64,000 nucleotides of DNA from a virus, in IMG/VR virus record IMGVR_UViG_3300021964_000050, positions 4,337-68,336 of that record; one strand, given 5' to 3'. The notes under the pieces were generated by a model. That model was not told the DNA's origin, did no database searches, and worked only from the letters and a program-made list of their open reading frames with translations. Position numbers and translations under genes: made by a program. Numbering within the stretch: the stretch's first letter is position 1; each line of letters begins with the position of its first letter. Shown here piece after piece: positions 44,095 through 53,893 of this stretch.

Positions 44095-44978
44095 TTTGTG
44101 CTCCAGCAGTGTGTCTTGTAAGCGCAGAACTTACAGGTTGAACAGGACTTATGGGTCGCAGAGTCGGGACGCACAGGAACCTCGTCGTTGTCCATACAGT
44201 CGATTACATAGTCAATACCGTCAAGAATGGGGGCAACGAGTTCCTTGTCATACTTGAGGTGGAACTCCTTGACGTCCTGAGATGGCTTCCACTCGTATAT
44301 GACCACGGCTTCTTCGATACCTAGACACAGCATGTACAAGTTGACCTGCCGACGGTGTGTAGTGAGGGGGCGCTTGACGCGCTTCCATAGATCGTCCAGC
44401 GTCAGATCACCGTTGGCATATCCCTCATACAACTTGGGCGCATCCCACCGAATAGTGCCGAGTCCCACAGACTTGATCTCCACAACGGCTCTACCTTGGG
44501 AGTCTTCCCACACACCGTCAGCGTGCCCGACAATGCGGTAACGCTCGCTGTGCAGGGGTACTTCCTTGTACTTCAAGTCGTCTGAACCGCAGTGATTACA
44601 GCCTTCGGGGGAAGTGCCCTCAAACTTGGCATCGCAAGAGTTGCAATGCCAGTTACCAAACAGGCCACCGGCTTTCCACATCCACCTTTGCCATTTGTCG
44701 TGGATGTTGTGCCCCTCAGCAAAGATGTTCATACGCTTGAGGTTCATCGACTGTGGGTCGCTCTCCTCTGTGTCCATGATCTTGTACCACGTTGAACGGG
44801 GGCACCATTCGTCTTTAGCCATCTCGCTGGAGTGGAAGTGCTTGGTATCCCTATGCGAGTTGCGCTCAGCCTGCTCTAGGGCTAGCGCCACCTCAATCTT
44901 CGACAGGATGCGCTGAGTGTCTTTAGCACTAAATTGCTCCTGATAGTTCTTCATGTACCACGGTTTGTCAGTCACCAA
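44091..44978 (-). CDS. Cas4/RecB-like PD-(D/E)XK exonuclease
   Basis: H.SE..CPR, G..IH, GHADG, EIKS, Q..LY, C..C.Y...C. Confidence 0.85.
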   Translation of the reverse strand: MVTDKPWYMKNYQEQFSAKDTQRILSKIEVALALEQAERNSHRDTKHFHSSEMAKDEWCPRSTWYKIMDTEESDPQSMNLKRMNIFAEGHNIHDKWQRWMWKAGGLFGNWHCNSCDAKFEGTSPEGCNHCGSDDLKYKEVPLHSERYRIVGHADGVWEDSQGRAVVEIKSVGLGTIRWDAPKLYEGYANGDLTLDDLWKRVKRPLTTHRRQVNLYMLCLGIEEAVVIYEWKPSQDVKEFHLKYDKELVAPILDGIDYVIDCMDNDEVPVRPDSATHKSCSTCKFCAYKTHCWSTK

Positions 44979-45282
44979 TAATCTCCAAGAAGTCGTCTTC
45001 GGGCAACACTACATAACGGTGCCCAGCCAAGTCAATCTGCAAGAGGGGAATCCTGCCCTCTAGCCGTGCTCTCTTCGTCAGGTCACGCATGTCCACAGCC
45101 TTTACGCTGTACGACTTAGCATTGGGGTCCATCTTGAGTTTGTTCTCAATCATGAAGTCCTCGGTGCGGACGTCTGCTTTACGCATCCACCCAGCACCTG
45201 ACATCACATTGCGGCTACCCTTGTACGACTCTGCCGTACGTTTCTCTTGTTTGATGGACTTCTTTTGGGACTCAGTCGCCAT
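44968..45282 (-). CDS. resolvase-like PD-(D/E)XK nuclease
   Basis: QE...A..SGA...KADV..IENK. Confidence 0.7.
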   Translation of the reverse strand: MATESQKKSIKQEKRTAESYKGSRNVMSGAGWMRKADVRTEDFMIENKLKMDPNAKSYSVKAVDMRDLTKRARLEGRIPLLQIDLAGHRYVVLPEDDFLEIIGD

Positions 45283-45583
45283 CGTCAGTGCCTGCGATGA
45301 GGAGGTCGATCATGTCGGTGTTCTCCTCTAACAGTTCGTACAACTCCCCAATGGAGTTACCCTGCTTTTCCAGCAGGTTCATCATTACAATAAGCAAGTC
45401 CTTGACCATGCCTAGGTCGTGTGCGTACTTCTCGCTGATCTTGATGAGGGCCTTATTGCCCTCGTCCATATCTTGGTCATACGGTTTAGACTTCTTGCGC
45501 TCATCCCAGTACCCGTCTTTAGGGTAAGAGAACTGTGCCTGCTGGTTAAAGTAGGCTTTCCATGCCGGATGGTTCTCACTCAT
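45272..45583 (-). CDS. hypothetical protein
   Basis: fills gap after recA; start moved to ATG 45583. Confidence 0.55.
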   Translation of the reverse strand: MSENHPAWKAYFNQQAQFSYPKDGYWDERKKSKPYDQDMDEGNKALIKISEKYAHDLGMVKDLLIVMMNLLEKQGNSIGELYELLEENTDMIDLLIAGTDDGD

Positions 45584-46631
45584 TTTCTGCACCAACTTCT
45601 GCTGTTTCTTCTTCCCCAAGTACTGCCGCCATGGCCGCGTCACGAAGCGCCTGCTGAAGACCCAAGTCTTGTCGAACCATGTCATACAGTTCCTCTTTCT
45701 TGCTGGCGATACGTTCTCCTCGGAACTTATAGCGTCCCTCAAACAACTCTAGTGCAAGAGCAACATTCACAATGTCCTTAGCCATGTCGAAGTCGCCCTT
45801 CTTGTATCCCACTGTGTCAGCAAAATAGAAGTCTGCTTGTGCCACCTGCTGGGGGCGGTATGTCTTGTTCTTCATAACACGCATCTTGATGGTCTGACCA
45901 ACACGGGTATCCAACTTGGAACCCTCAGCGATCCACTCATCACGGCGCACCTCTACACGAATGAAGTAGTAATAGTTCTTGGCCTTACCACCGGGAGTGG
46001 TACGGGGGTCACCGAACATGACACCGATCTTGTCACGCCACTGGTTGATGGCTATGAGTGTGCAGGGGCGGTCGTCCTCTGTCAAGGAACGACGTTGGGC
46101 CTTGGCACATTTCTTGAAGAAACGACTGAGGATCTGAGCGCCAGTAGCGACACTGGCCTCATCCATAGCCTTATTGACCTCGGTCTCTGTGACAAGGGCT
46201 GGAAGGCTGTCCAACACAACGCAGTCTACGGCACGGTTTGATACGGCTTTGAGAACAAGGTCTAAAGCGGCCTCCATCTCGTTCGTCTCTACGACCCATA
46301 GCCGGTCTAAATCCACCCCAAATGATGCGGCATATTCAGGTACATACTCTTCAGCCGCAACCCACAAAGCAAGATACTCAGGGTCTTTTGCTTGATTGGC
46401 GGCAATGGTCTTGTAGGCAATAGCCGTCTTACCCGACGACTCTTCACCCACGATCTCGTTCCACTGGTTGGATGCCCAACCACCGCCGAGGGCTAGGTCA
46501 AACGCCAGCACACCTGTTGTGGTGTGGGGGATTTCTTCCTTGGCGTCACTCCCCTTGATGAGTATGTCTTCTCCGTATTTCTTGTTGATTTCCGCTGCTA
46601 GTTCTTCGATTAGTGCCAGATTGTCTTTCAC
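45576..46631 (-). CDS. recA: RecA recombinase
   Basis: TG...DLALGGG, GEESSGKT, VLDS, INQ.R.KIGVMFGDP.TTPGG, KNK; AAGGA RBS before GTG 46631. Confidence 0.92.
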   Translation of the reverse strand: MKDNLALIEELAAEINKKYGEDILIKGSDAKEEIPHTTTGVLAFDLALGGGWASNQWNEIVGEESSGKTAIAYKTIAANQAKDPEYLALWVAAEEYVPEYAASFGVDLDRLWVVETNEMEAALDLVLKAVSNRAVDCVVLDSLPALVTETEVNKAMDEASVATGAQILSRFFKKCAKAQRRSLTEDDRPCTLIAINQWRDKIGVMFGDPRTTPGGKAKNYYYFIRVEVRRDEWIAEGSKLDTRVGQTIKMRVMKNKTYRPQQVAQADFYFADTVGYKKGDFDMAKDIVNVALALELFEGRYKFRGERIASKKEELYDMVRQDLGLQQALRDAAMAAVLGEEETAEVGAENE

Positions 46632-46639
46632 GCTTGTCC

Positions 46640-47128
46640 TTATGACCAGTTGGACTCCATGCCTTGTGCGTAGGAGCCGTTGTACCCACACTCAAAGCAG
46701 TGTGGGCGTGGCTGTTGCCCATTGACACGTGCGGCACCAGCCGCCATGCCTGAATAGGCTGTGTAGCCAGTCGTGCTACCGCAAGATGGGCACGCCATAT
46801 GCCCCTCAGTGCGGTGCGCTTCACCCCCACGCCACAGACGCATAGCATCACTCATGCTGACTTCGGCGTTAGGGTCTCGGTTGGGGTCCAGTACCTCTTG
46901 GCGCTCCCCAGTTTGGAGAGGGACACCAGCCATAGATTGTTGTACAGCAGGTTGTTGCACCGGTTGCTGTACCGGTTGTTGAGTCTGTACGGGCTGAGGT
47001 TGTACAGGTTGCACAGTAATACCACGGGGTTGGGGCTGTTGTTGGCTGAGTTTGTTAGCCCACCACGAGGAACTATTTGTCATCGTCATCGTCCTCCAGC
47101 ATAGACTGTAGGAAGGTAAGGATGTCAA
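46640..47128 (-). CDS. Q/P-rich Zn-ribbon protein
   Basis: WWANKL, CPSCGS..CFECGY. Confidence 0.7.
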   Translation of the reverse strand: MTSLPSYSLCWRTMTMTNSSSWWANKLSQQQPQPRGITVQPVQPQPVQTQQPVQQPVQQPAVQQSMAGVPLQTGERQEVLDPNRDPNAEVSMSDAMRLWRGGEAHRTEGHMACPSCGSTTGYTAYSGMAAGAARVNGQQPRPHCFECGYNGSYAQGMESNWS

Positions 47129-47555
47129 GGTCCTTTATAGAGAAATCTTCACCTGTAGAGAGTTTGAACTCTGGAAGTTCTGGGGGGTTCTTGATCTCCA
47201 GAAGCCCCGCTTCTACCAGCGCATACACCACGGTAACCGCAAAAGAGGTCATACGATCTAGGTATGTAACCCCTTCGGTAGCCCCAAACTTATTGTCTGG
47301 GTCCATGTACTGGGTCATCCACCACGCTGAGTCTGCAAGGATTTCACCCGCTTCAGTCTGCTGTAAAGTCATCCAGAACTTGAGAATGTCACGAATCTCA
47401 ATCTCTGCGAGGTCTTCAGACGGTGCAGTAAACCCACCCTCTTCAACAGCGATCTCGTGACCCTCTAACGGGGACATGTACAGATAGAAATTACGCTGTC
47501 GTTTACGTCTCTTCTCGGACTCATCTTGCATGGTTATCCCTTCGCCTCGGACCAT
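47073..47555 (-). CDS. hypothetical protein
   Basis: operon packing. Confidence 0.65.
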   Translation of the reverse strand: MVRGEGITMQDESEKRRKRQRNFYLYMSPLEGHEIAVEEGGFTAPSEDLAEIEIRDILKFWMTLQQTEAGEILADSAWWMTQYMDPDNKFGATEGVTYLDRMTSFAVTVVYALVEAGLLEIKNPPELPEFKLSTGEDFSIKDLDILTFLQSMLEDDDDDK

Positions 47556-49630
47556 GATCCTGCGTGGTGCGCTTCTACTTCAAGTGAAACACCCATGATA
47601 ACCCTACCATTTCCCATGTACTCTTCGACCATGGGTTCCCACTTGTTGAGTTCGTCTACGGGAACGCTAATAACGATCTCGTCATGAACCTGTACTAACA
47701 TCTTACACTTCGGGTAGTCCAGTACTGAGGACAGTTTGACCATGGCTTCTTTACAGATCTCAGATGCTGTGCCCTGAATGATGGCGTTGATCGCCTGCCT
47801 CTCAGAGCGTGACTTGGCAGCGAAGTCGTCAGATTCCAAGTCAGGAACACGGCGACGACGACCAGTCATAGTCTCTACATATCCCCTACGGCGACCTTCA
47901 GCGATGGCCTTGTTCTTCCACGCTGTGAGACCTGCGTAGCCTTTGTTGTAGTTCTCTACGACAACACGAGCCTCATCAAGAGATAACTGGCCGTTGGTAG
48001 AATCAACGAGACGCTTAGGACCACCACCATATCCCATGAGAAAGTTTGGCGTTTTCCCATAAATGTTGCGCTCCTCGCTAGTGATCTCTTCAGGTGGTTT
48101 GCCTAGGATAACACTGGCAGTACCGGCGTGTACGTCAATGTTGTTCTCAAAGATATTCAGCAGTGCAGGGTCTTGGCTGTACATAGCCATAATACGCATC
48201 TCAATCTGGCTGTAGTCGGCCACGATTAGGGTATTCCCCGGCTCTGCTACGAAGAGTCCACGCACCCGACCGTCACGTGGGATGTTCTGTAGGTTAGGGT
48301 CGCTGGCTGACAAACGTCCCGTGGCAGTACGTGACAGGTGGAACTGAGGGTGTAGTCGCCCCTTGTTCATCAACGGCATAAGCCCGTCAACGTAGGTGGA
48401 CTTCATTTTCTTCAGTTCTGCGTACTCCATCAGGTAGTCGATAATGGGGTGCTGACCTTGCAACGACCTGAGGGAATCCTCGTCAACGCTGGGGTTACCC
48501 TTGGCTGTTGTCTTCTTTGGTTTTAGGCCAAGACCACCCTCACGCTTCTTGTTAAACAAGAACTCCACTTTGTGTGCATTGCTATCAGGGTTGAACCCGA
48601 TGGGGGCGTAGTAGGAGATATCAGCCAATTTGTTGTTGATGTCAAGGTCTAGAGCCTTGCCCAACTTCTTGATCTCACGCTGGTTGACAGCGATACCGTT
48701 CATCTCCATCTGTGCCAGTACTGACAGCGTGTCACTGTCTAGGTACATGGCTTTCAGTAAACCATCATGGTTTTTGATGTACCGAGTCAGGCGCTGGTAA
48801 ATGAGCCATGCCCACCTACAGTCATAGTGTACGTACCTACACGCCTTGCTAAACGGTTCGGTGGTTATCGTCTTACCGATCTTACCGTCCCTGTGATAGG
48901 GGTCGAAAGAGAACACACGTTCGATGATGGGGCCGAGGCTGTACGAGGACAGGTTCTCGTCAACGAGGTGCATCAGCACCATCGTGTCGATATACCGCCC
49001 CTTAGGTAGTACGCCCCCATAGTACTTTGATATGGACTTAGCGTCGAACTTGATGTTCTGGTTGATCTTCACGATGCCCTCGTCCATGAACAGCGGCTCA
49101 AGAGCGGTGAACACTTGTTCCTGAGTCAGTTGCTCTGGGGCTTCGGTGAACGTAGCCGGAATGAAGTACTTAGACCTAGCCATGGACTCCTTACCAGAAG
49201 AAAGGATAGCCCTATGACCCTCGGGGGGTATGGTTGACCCGTCTCCACGCTGCTCTTTGACAAGCACTTCTCCGTTGGGGTGCCCCATCGGGATAGCCCA
49301 CGACTTACCTCGTGTAGCAATACCAATCCAGAACACCTCGTTACGTAGTGTGTCTAGCGCCAGATTGCCACGCCACTTGTCTTCAATAGCCTGTCGTGAC
49401 TTCTGGACAACTGTGGGGTGGTCGCTCTTCAGCGAGGCTTGCTTAGCCTCCCACTCATCTTCCACAATTTGCATGATGTCAGGGTGACGGTCGATGTGAC
49501 CACGTGTCTCTACGTCAAAAGAGAACGCACCCTCTGCTTTTACCGTATCGACAATTGTCGATATCTCGTCTAGAGACAGAACGGCGGGGGCACTAGGCCC
49601 CCGCCGTCCGCTCGCACTGTTGGGTTCCAA
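47534..49630 (-). CDS. polA: family A DNA polymerase with 3'-5' exonuclease
   Basis: FDVET, N.KFD, TATGRLS, PNLQNIP, DYSQIEMR, K..NF...YG, QG.A, VHDE; start uncertain. Confidence 0.95.
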   Translation of the reverse strand: MEPNSASGRRGPSAPAVLSLDEISTIVDTVKAEGAFSFDVETRGHIDRHPDIMQIVEDEWEAKQASLKSDHPTVVQKSRQAIEDKWRGNLALDTLRNEVFWIGIATRGKSWAIPMGHPNGEVLVKEQRGDGSTIPPEGHRAILSSGKESMARSKYFIPATFTEAPEQLTQEQVFTALEPLFMDEGIVKINQNIKFDAKSISKYYGGVLPKGRYIDTMVLMHLVDENLSSYSLGPIIERVFSFDPYHRDGKIGKTITTEPFSKACRYVHYDCRWAWLIYQRLTRYIKNHDGLLKAMYLDSDTLSVLAQMEMNGIAVNQREIKKLGKALDLDINNKLADISYYAPIGFNPDSNAHKVEFLFNKKREGGLGLKPKKTTAKGNPSVDEDSLRSLQGQHPIIDYLMEYAELKKMKSTYVDGLMPLMNKGRLHPQFHLSRTATGRLSASDPNLQNIPRDGRVRGLFVAEPGNTLIVADYSQIEMRIMAMYSQDPALLNIFENNIDVHAGTASVILGKPPEEITSEERNIYGKTPNFLMGYGGGPKRLVDSTNGQLSLDEARVVVENYNKGYAGLTAWKNKAIAEGRRRGYVETMTGRRRRVPDLESDDFAAKSRSERQAINAIIQGTASEICKEAMVKLSSVLDYPKCKMLVQVHDEIVISVPVDELNKWEPMVEEYMGNGRVIMGVSLEVEAHHAGSWSEAKG

Positions 49631-49633
49631 GGC

Positions 49634-50305
49634 TCAGTTGTAGTCCATGTCCTCAGCGGCAACACCCTGTAGGGTCGTACGGCTGGGGATCGGGACAATA
49701 CTGGCATCGTATGCCTGCTCTTTCAGGCTGTCGATGTCGTCCTCGCTGAGGGGGGCGATACCCCACTCTTCCTCAAGGTCACGGTCACGCACCATCTGAT
49801 GGTTGGTTTGTGATGTCGGTCCCTTACCACTACGGGAGACTGCCCAGTAGTGCTTGGGAAGTGGCCCCTGTCGTGGGTCTTGATGGAAGTTCTTGAGGCT
49901 GTCGATCACACGAGGGCCTACTTCGTAGGAGCGTACAGCGCTGTCGCCATCCTCGTTGAGGAGAATAACATTGAAAGCGAACCGTGCGCTCGGACGATGG
50001 CCTGCGTCGCACAACGGGCATCCCTTGGGGGACATGTCTGCGATGCAAGTGAATGACTTCTGCCCTTGACGTTCTACCCAGTGTTGGCGGTAGGAGGTGT
50101 AAGGCTCATCCTCTAGGAACTTCACGATGACGGGCTTGTCATCAATCTTCAGACGCTGAGCGTAGGGGCTGTCGGCTTGCTTAGTGCTGTCGACATTGCC
50201 CCAGCCACGCTTAATGACTCGTCGTGCCTCAGCACGATCTAAGTCAGTGTCGTCGTCACGGACAGCAACTGCGCCCGTGTCTTCATCGTCATCGAATCTA
50301 CCCAT
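49634..50305 (-). CDS. ssb: single-stranded DNA-binding protein (gp32-like)
   Basis: KFL, QHW, C..CPLC, FNV, SRSG.G; acidic; next to polymerase. Confidence 0.75.
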   Translation of the reverse strand: MGRFDDDEDTGAVAVRDDDTDLDRAEARRVIKRGWGNVDSTKQADSPYAQRLKIDDKPVIVKFLEDEPYTSYRQHWVERQGQKSFTCIADMSPKGCPLCDAGHRPSARFAFNVILLNEDGDSAVRSYEVGPRVIDSLKNFHQDPRQGPLPKHYWAVSRSGKGPTSQTNHQMVRDRDLEEEWGIAPLSEDDIDSLKEQAYDASIVPIPSRTTLQGVAAEDMDYN

Positions 50306-50326
50306 GTCGGTAACTCTTTTCTCTTG

Positions 50327-50794
50327 TCAGTGTCGTGGATAATTGTCTTTGATGTGTTTCCGAAAGCCTTCCCAATCAGGAGAGTTTGGGTCGTCAATCT
50401 GAAACGTCATCATAGCCTCTACAAGGAAGACAAGTTGTGCTTCGCTGTAGAGTCTCCGACCTTTTACCGCCTTACCGGGGACTGTCTCCCCTCGGGGGGC
50501 TGGGGTACGGAAACTTGCTGGTGGTAGCCAGCCGTTGGCTTCCCATTTCCTAATGGTAACGGGTTTCCTGTTGAGTGCCATTGCCAACACGCCGATGGTG
50601 TAGAACTTCTTCACCTGACCGTTGACTAGGTACTCAGAGGACTTTAGAGACTGTAGCCACTCATGTTGGCGGCTGTCAAGGACCTTCCCCCGGTTTCTCG
50701 GGGATGTGCTACCGGGGAAGTCCGGCCCTTCCGCCATATGCTGTCCGATCTTGGAAGGGATACCGTTAAAAACGTCTAGCGGATCTGTACTCAT
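50327..50794 (-). CDS. MerR-like HTH DNA-binding protein
   Basis: YTIG.LA.AL.R...TIR.WE..G.LP..RRLYS. Confidence 0.8.
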   Translation of the reverse strand: MSTDPLDVFNGIPSKIGQHMAEGPDFPGSTSPRNRGKVLDSRQHEWLQSLKSSEYLVNGQVKKFYTIGVLAMALNRKPVTIRKWEANGWLPPASFRTPAPRGETVPGKAVKGRRLYSEAQLVFLVEAMMTFQIDDPNSPDWEGFRKHIKDNYPRH

Positions 50795-50927
50795 TGCATG
50801 TACCTACTGGCTTTCTTGAAAGCGCCACGGCGAGTGCGAGCATTGAATCTGTACAAGATTCTGTTGCGGTGAACGTCTACACGATGGTTGAGCCAGCCTA
50901 TCTTTGTGTACTCGTAGGTGGGTTCCA

Positions 50928-51350
50928 TCAGTAATCGTAGTTCTCTTCTTCAACGGGTTTCATAAAGGCGTAGGAAATGGGGGGCGTGTCATGTAACTCT
51001 TGAAACGCTTCTTCCAAACCTTCTTCGTGGCGGTTGTCGTAAATATAGCCTACCAGCGCATCCTCGTCAAGGACCTCCACGGTGCGTGACACCTCATTCC
51101 AGATACCACGCTCTCTGGCCCATTCTTCGGCCTTAGCGAGGTTGAGGGTCTTCTTACCCTGTCGGCGCTGACGCTGAAGCAAGTACTTACCAGCAGGAAG
51201 CCACTGATGTCCTTTGTCATCCTCGTCACCCTGCTTCTCTACTAGGGCGTTGAGTTGCTTCTTGTACTCACCAATGATCCTCTGTAGCACCTCAACGTGG
51301 TTCAGGTGTTGCATGTACTCGGATGTGATGCGTTCGATGTCTTCGCTCAT
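50928..51350 (-). CDS. hypothetical coiled-coil protein
   Basis: G..DDKGH.W, E.LDED; ATGA coupling. Confidence 0.7.
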   Translation of the reverse strand: MSEDIERITSEYMQHLNHVEVLQRIIGEYKKQLNALVEKQGDEDDKGHQWLPAGKYLLQRQRRQGKKTLNLAKAEEWARERGIWNEVSRTVEVLDEDALVGYIYDNRHEEGLEEAFQELHDTPPISYAFMKPVEEENYDY

Positions 51351-52885
51351 ACTCGTGATTCTCTCAGAAAGCCACTCAAGGTGTCAAGGGATAGATCCAT
51401 ACTTCCATCATTGTCGTGGTGCTTGCCGTCGATGAACGCCTCATTGACAGAGCGCTTCACCTGAAGCATCTCGTATTGACGCTCTTCGATACTGCCCTGC
51501 ATCACGAATGTGGCAATGGTTACGTGGGGGAACTCGGAGGACAAGCGAATGATGCGAGCCTCTCGCTGTTCTAGTTTCCCGCTACTCCATGGCAGGTCGT
51601 AGGAGATTAGGTAGTTAGCCATAGGTAGGTCAACCCCATATCCACCGGCGTCCGACGACAGGAACAACCGACAGTTGGGGTCGGTAGCAAACTTCTGCTT
51701 CGATGCGTCTCTAGCCGCGGCATCCATACCGCCCATAAACAGCACACTGTCAGTCATGTTAGAAGTGGCCTTCTGAATAAGTCGTAAGTTCTCTTTGAAG
51801 AAGGAGAAGAGAACAACTTTGTTTTGGGGGTCCTCTGATAATGTGGATTCGATGTACGCGATGCAGGCGTCCAATTTGGGAGTGGTATCAACACCTGATA
51901 CCCACCCCATATGCGCTATATCATGAGCATATTGGCTTCCATCCTTCACATTTGGGTCAGCGTACTTCTGGGCTGAGATCCTCACCAACTCGGGATTATC
52001 ACATAACATCCGCAGTACAGTCAGGCGTGACATTATTTGCCCCTGCGCCTCATCACCGTCGCCACCGTTGTAGTGCGCCCACAGACTAAACGCTCCTTTA
52101 CCCTTACCCATAGCCTCGCTGATTTTGGCTAGAAGATCGTTAGATATCTGCCTGTAGAGGGTGGCTCCCCTATTATCAAATGGTACGGGTACAACCTGAT
52201 GAATGATGTCAGGTAACTGGTCCTTGATGTCGTCGCGGGTTTTACGGATCATACACTCCTTCATCACCCGGTGCATCTTGTCCAAGTTGCGGTATCGCAT
52301 GGGTTTGCCCCATGTATCGCGGACTATGAATGTCCTATCGAATGTCTTGAAGTCACCCAGAACCTGCTTGTCGACGAACTCCATGATGCTGAACAGTTCC
52401 TCGGGGCGGTTCTCAATAGGCTGGCCGGTAAGGGCGAAGCGATAGGGCACTGTACGCCCTACCTTTTTCAACAGTTTCGACCGCTTGGCTGTGCGGTTCT
52501 TAATCATGGTGCTCTCGTCAATAACGACGGCTTGAATGGTGCCGATCTTGTCGACGTCGTTAGCCAGCGTTTCTGCATTGACGATGACATACCTACTGTT
52601 CAGAGACATGCGCCACTGACCGTCACGTTTAGCCTTGGTGCCGTCAATAACAGTGGCTTTAGCGTCAGTAAACTTGGCTATTTCTCGCAACCACTGGAAC
52701 TTGAGAGAAGCGGGGACGACAACTAAACACCGTTCTACCTCCCCTTCTTCATGTAGGGATTCAATTGCGCCCAACGTCGTGGGTGTCTTACCTGCACCCA
52801 TGACCATACCCAGCAGCATCTGACCACGGTCGACCATGCGCTCGACCGCTTCTTGCTGGTAAGGCCATAGTGTTCCCTTAAACAT
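51347..52885 (-). CDS. SNF2-family helicase
   Basis: MGAGKT, IDES, LTG.P.EN, SSDAGGYG.DL, QR..RI.R. Confidence 0.9.
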   Translation of the reverse strand: MFKGTLWPYQQEAVERMVDRGQMLLGMVMGAGKTPTTLGAIESLHEEGEVERCLVVVPASLKFQWLREIAKFTDAKATVIDGTKAKRDGQWRMSLNSRYVIVNAETLANDVDKIGTIQAVVIDESTMIKNRTAKRSKLLKKVGRTVPYRFALTGQPIENRPEELFSIMEFVDKQVLGDFKTFDRTFIVRDTWGKPMRYRNLDKMHRVMKECMIRKTRDDIKDQLPDIIHQVVPVPFDNRGATLYRQISNDLLAKISEAMGKGKGAFSLWAHYNGGDGDEAQGQIMSRLTVLRMLCDNPELVRISAQKYADPNVKDGSQYAHDIAHMGWVSGVDTTPKLDACIAYIESTLSEDPQNKVVLFSFFKENLRLIQKATSNMTDSVLFMGGMDAAARDASKQKFATDPNCRLFLSSDAGGYGVDLPMANYLISYDLPWSSGKLEQREARIIRLSSEFPHVTIATFVMQGSIEERQYEMLQVKRSVNEAFIDGKHHDNDGSMDLSLDTLSGFLRESRV

Positions 52886-53783
52886 ATACTGAAGTGACGC
52901 TCGCTATTCCCTTAATAATCTGACCATCTGTCATATCGCCCAAGTCCTTGACCTCATCGCAGTACTTCCAGTATTTAGTCCCCCGCCTAAACGAGGGAAG
53001 CGATTTGGCTAAACGCTTAGTCTCTATACGGCCTGTTTGGTCATTATCTAGTGCGATAATAACCCCGTCAAACCGGTCTGATAGTAGGTTGATCTGTTTT
53101 GTGGAGATATTGGCCCCAAATGACGCCACGGCAGAGATATCAGATCCACCGTATACGCTATGAAACCGCACTACATCTAAGGGAGATTCTAGCAGAAGAG
53201 CAGTGGGACCGAACGCACGTTCGATACCAAATACGGTATCACCCTTATGTACACCCTCAGGGTGGTTACGCACCCAGCCAGTCTTCTTGAGTTGCCACCC
53301 CCACAGTTCCCCTAGCGGAGATACGATAGGTATAACAGTGGCCTTGCGTTCGTCGTCCCACTTAATGCCGTACCTACGAGATGTCTCCTCATCTAGCCGA
53401 CGATGCCGAAGCATCTTGTCAGGTAGAGGTTGGAAACGGCTGTACTGTCCCCAGTCTACTTGGGGGCGTACCTCGTGAACCTCTTGCTCTTCAGCAGTCA
53501 GTCTCTGTAGACCGGAGGTAATGAGGTGTGACTGGATACTCCATAGAGCAGAAGGATCGTCAGTTAGTTGGCTGACGAGCATAGACAGGTTGCCACGGGC
53601 ACCGCAGGAGAAGCAGTACCACAGGCCACTATCAGAGTTTAGATACCACGAGTAACGAGAACTTTCACGACCTTTAGTTAGGTGGTGTACCGGGCACCGC
53701 CCGTTGATCTCGTCGTTCTGCACACGGTGTACCTCTACACCTAGACCCGACAGGACCTCAGTCAGGTCGTCGCTGTGACTCAT
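52878..53783 (-). CDS. dnaG: DNA primase (Zn finger + TOPRIM)
   Basis: CPVH..CFSC, LES.LD, ALDND..G, KDLGD. Confidence 0.88.
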   Translation of the reverse strand: MSHSDDLTEVLSGLGVEVHRVQNDEINGRCPVHHLTKGRESSRYSWYLNSDSGLWYCFSCGARGNLSMLVSQLTDDPSALWSIQSHLITSGLQRLTAEEQEVHEVRPQVDWGQYSRFQPLPDKMLRHRRLDEETSRRYGIKWDDERKATVIPIVSPLGELWGWQLKKTGWVRNHPEGVHKGDTVFGIERAFGPTALLLESPLDVVRFHSVYGGSDISAVASFGANISTKQINLLSDRFDGVIIALDNDQTGRIETKRLAKSLPSFRRGTKYWKYCDEVKDLGDMTDGQIIKGIASVTSVYV

Positions 53784-53893
53784 ACTCTGCGAGTGTTTCT
53801 CGTAGTTTCCTAATGTACTGAGCCGCTTCTCTCAACAACGAGATCTCTGGGGTACTCATAGATGCGTACTCCAGTCGCTCAACGATGTCCATA

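Noticed and set aside
44091-44978. CRISPR-Cas system from the Cas4-like gene
   Set aside because: No array or other cas genes; stand-alone Cas4-like nucleases beside recA are usual in phages
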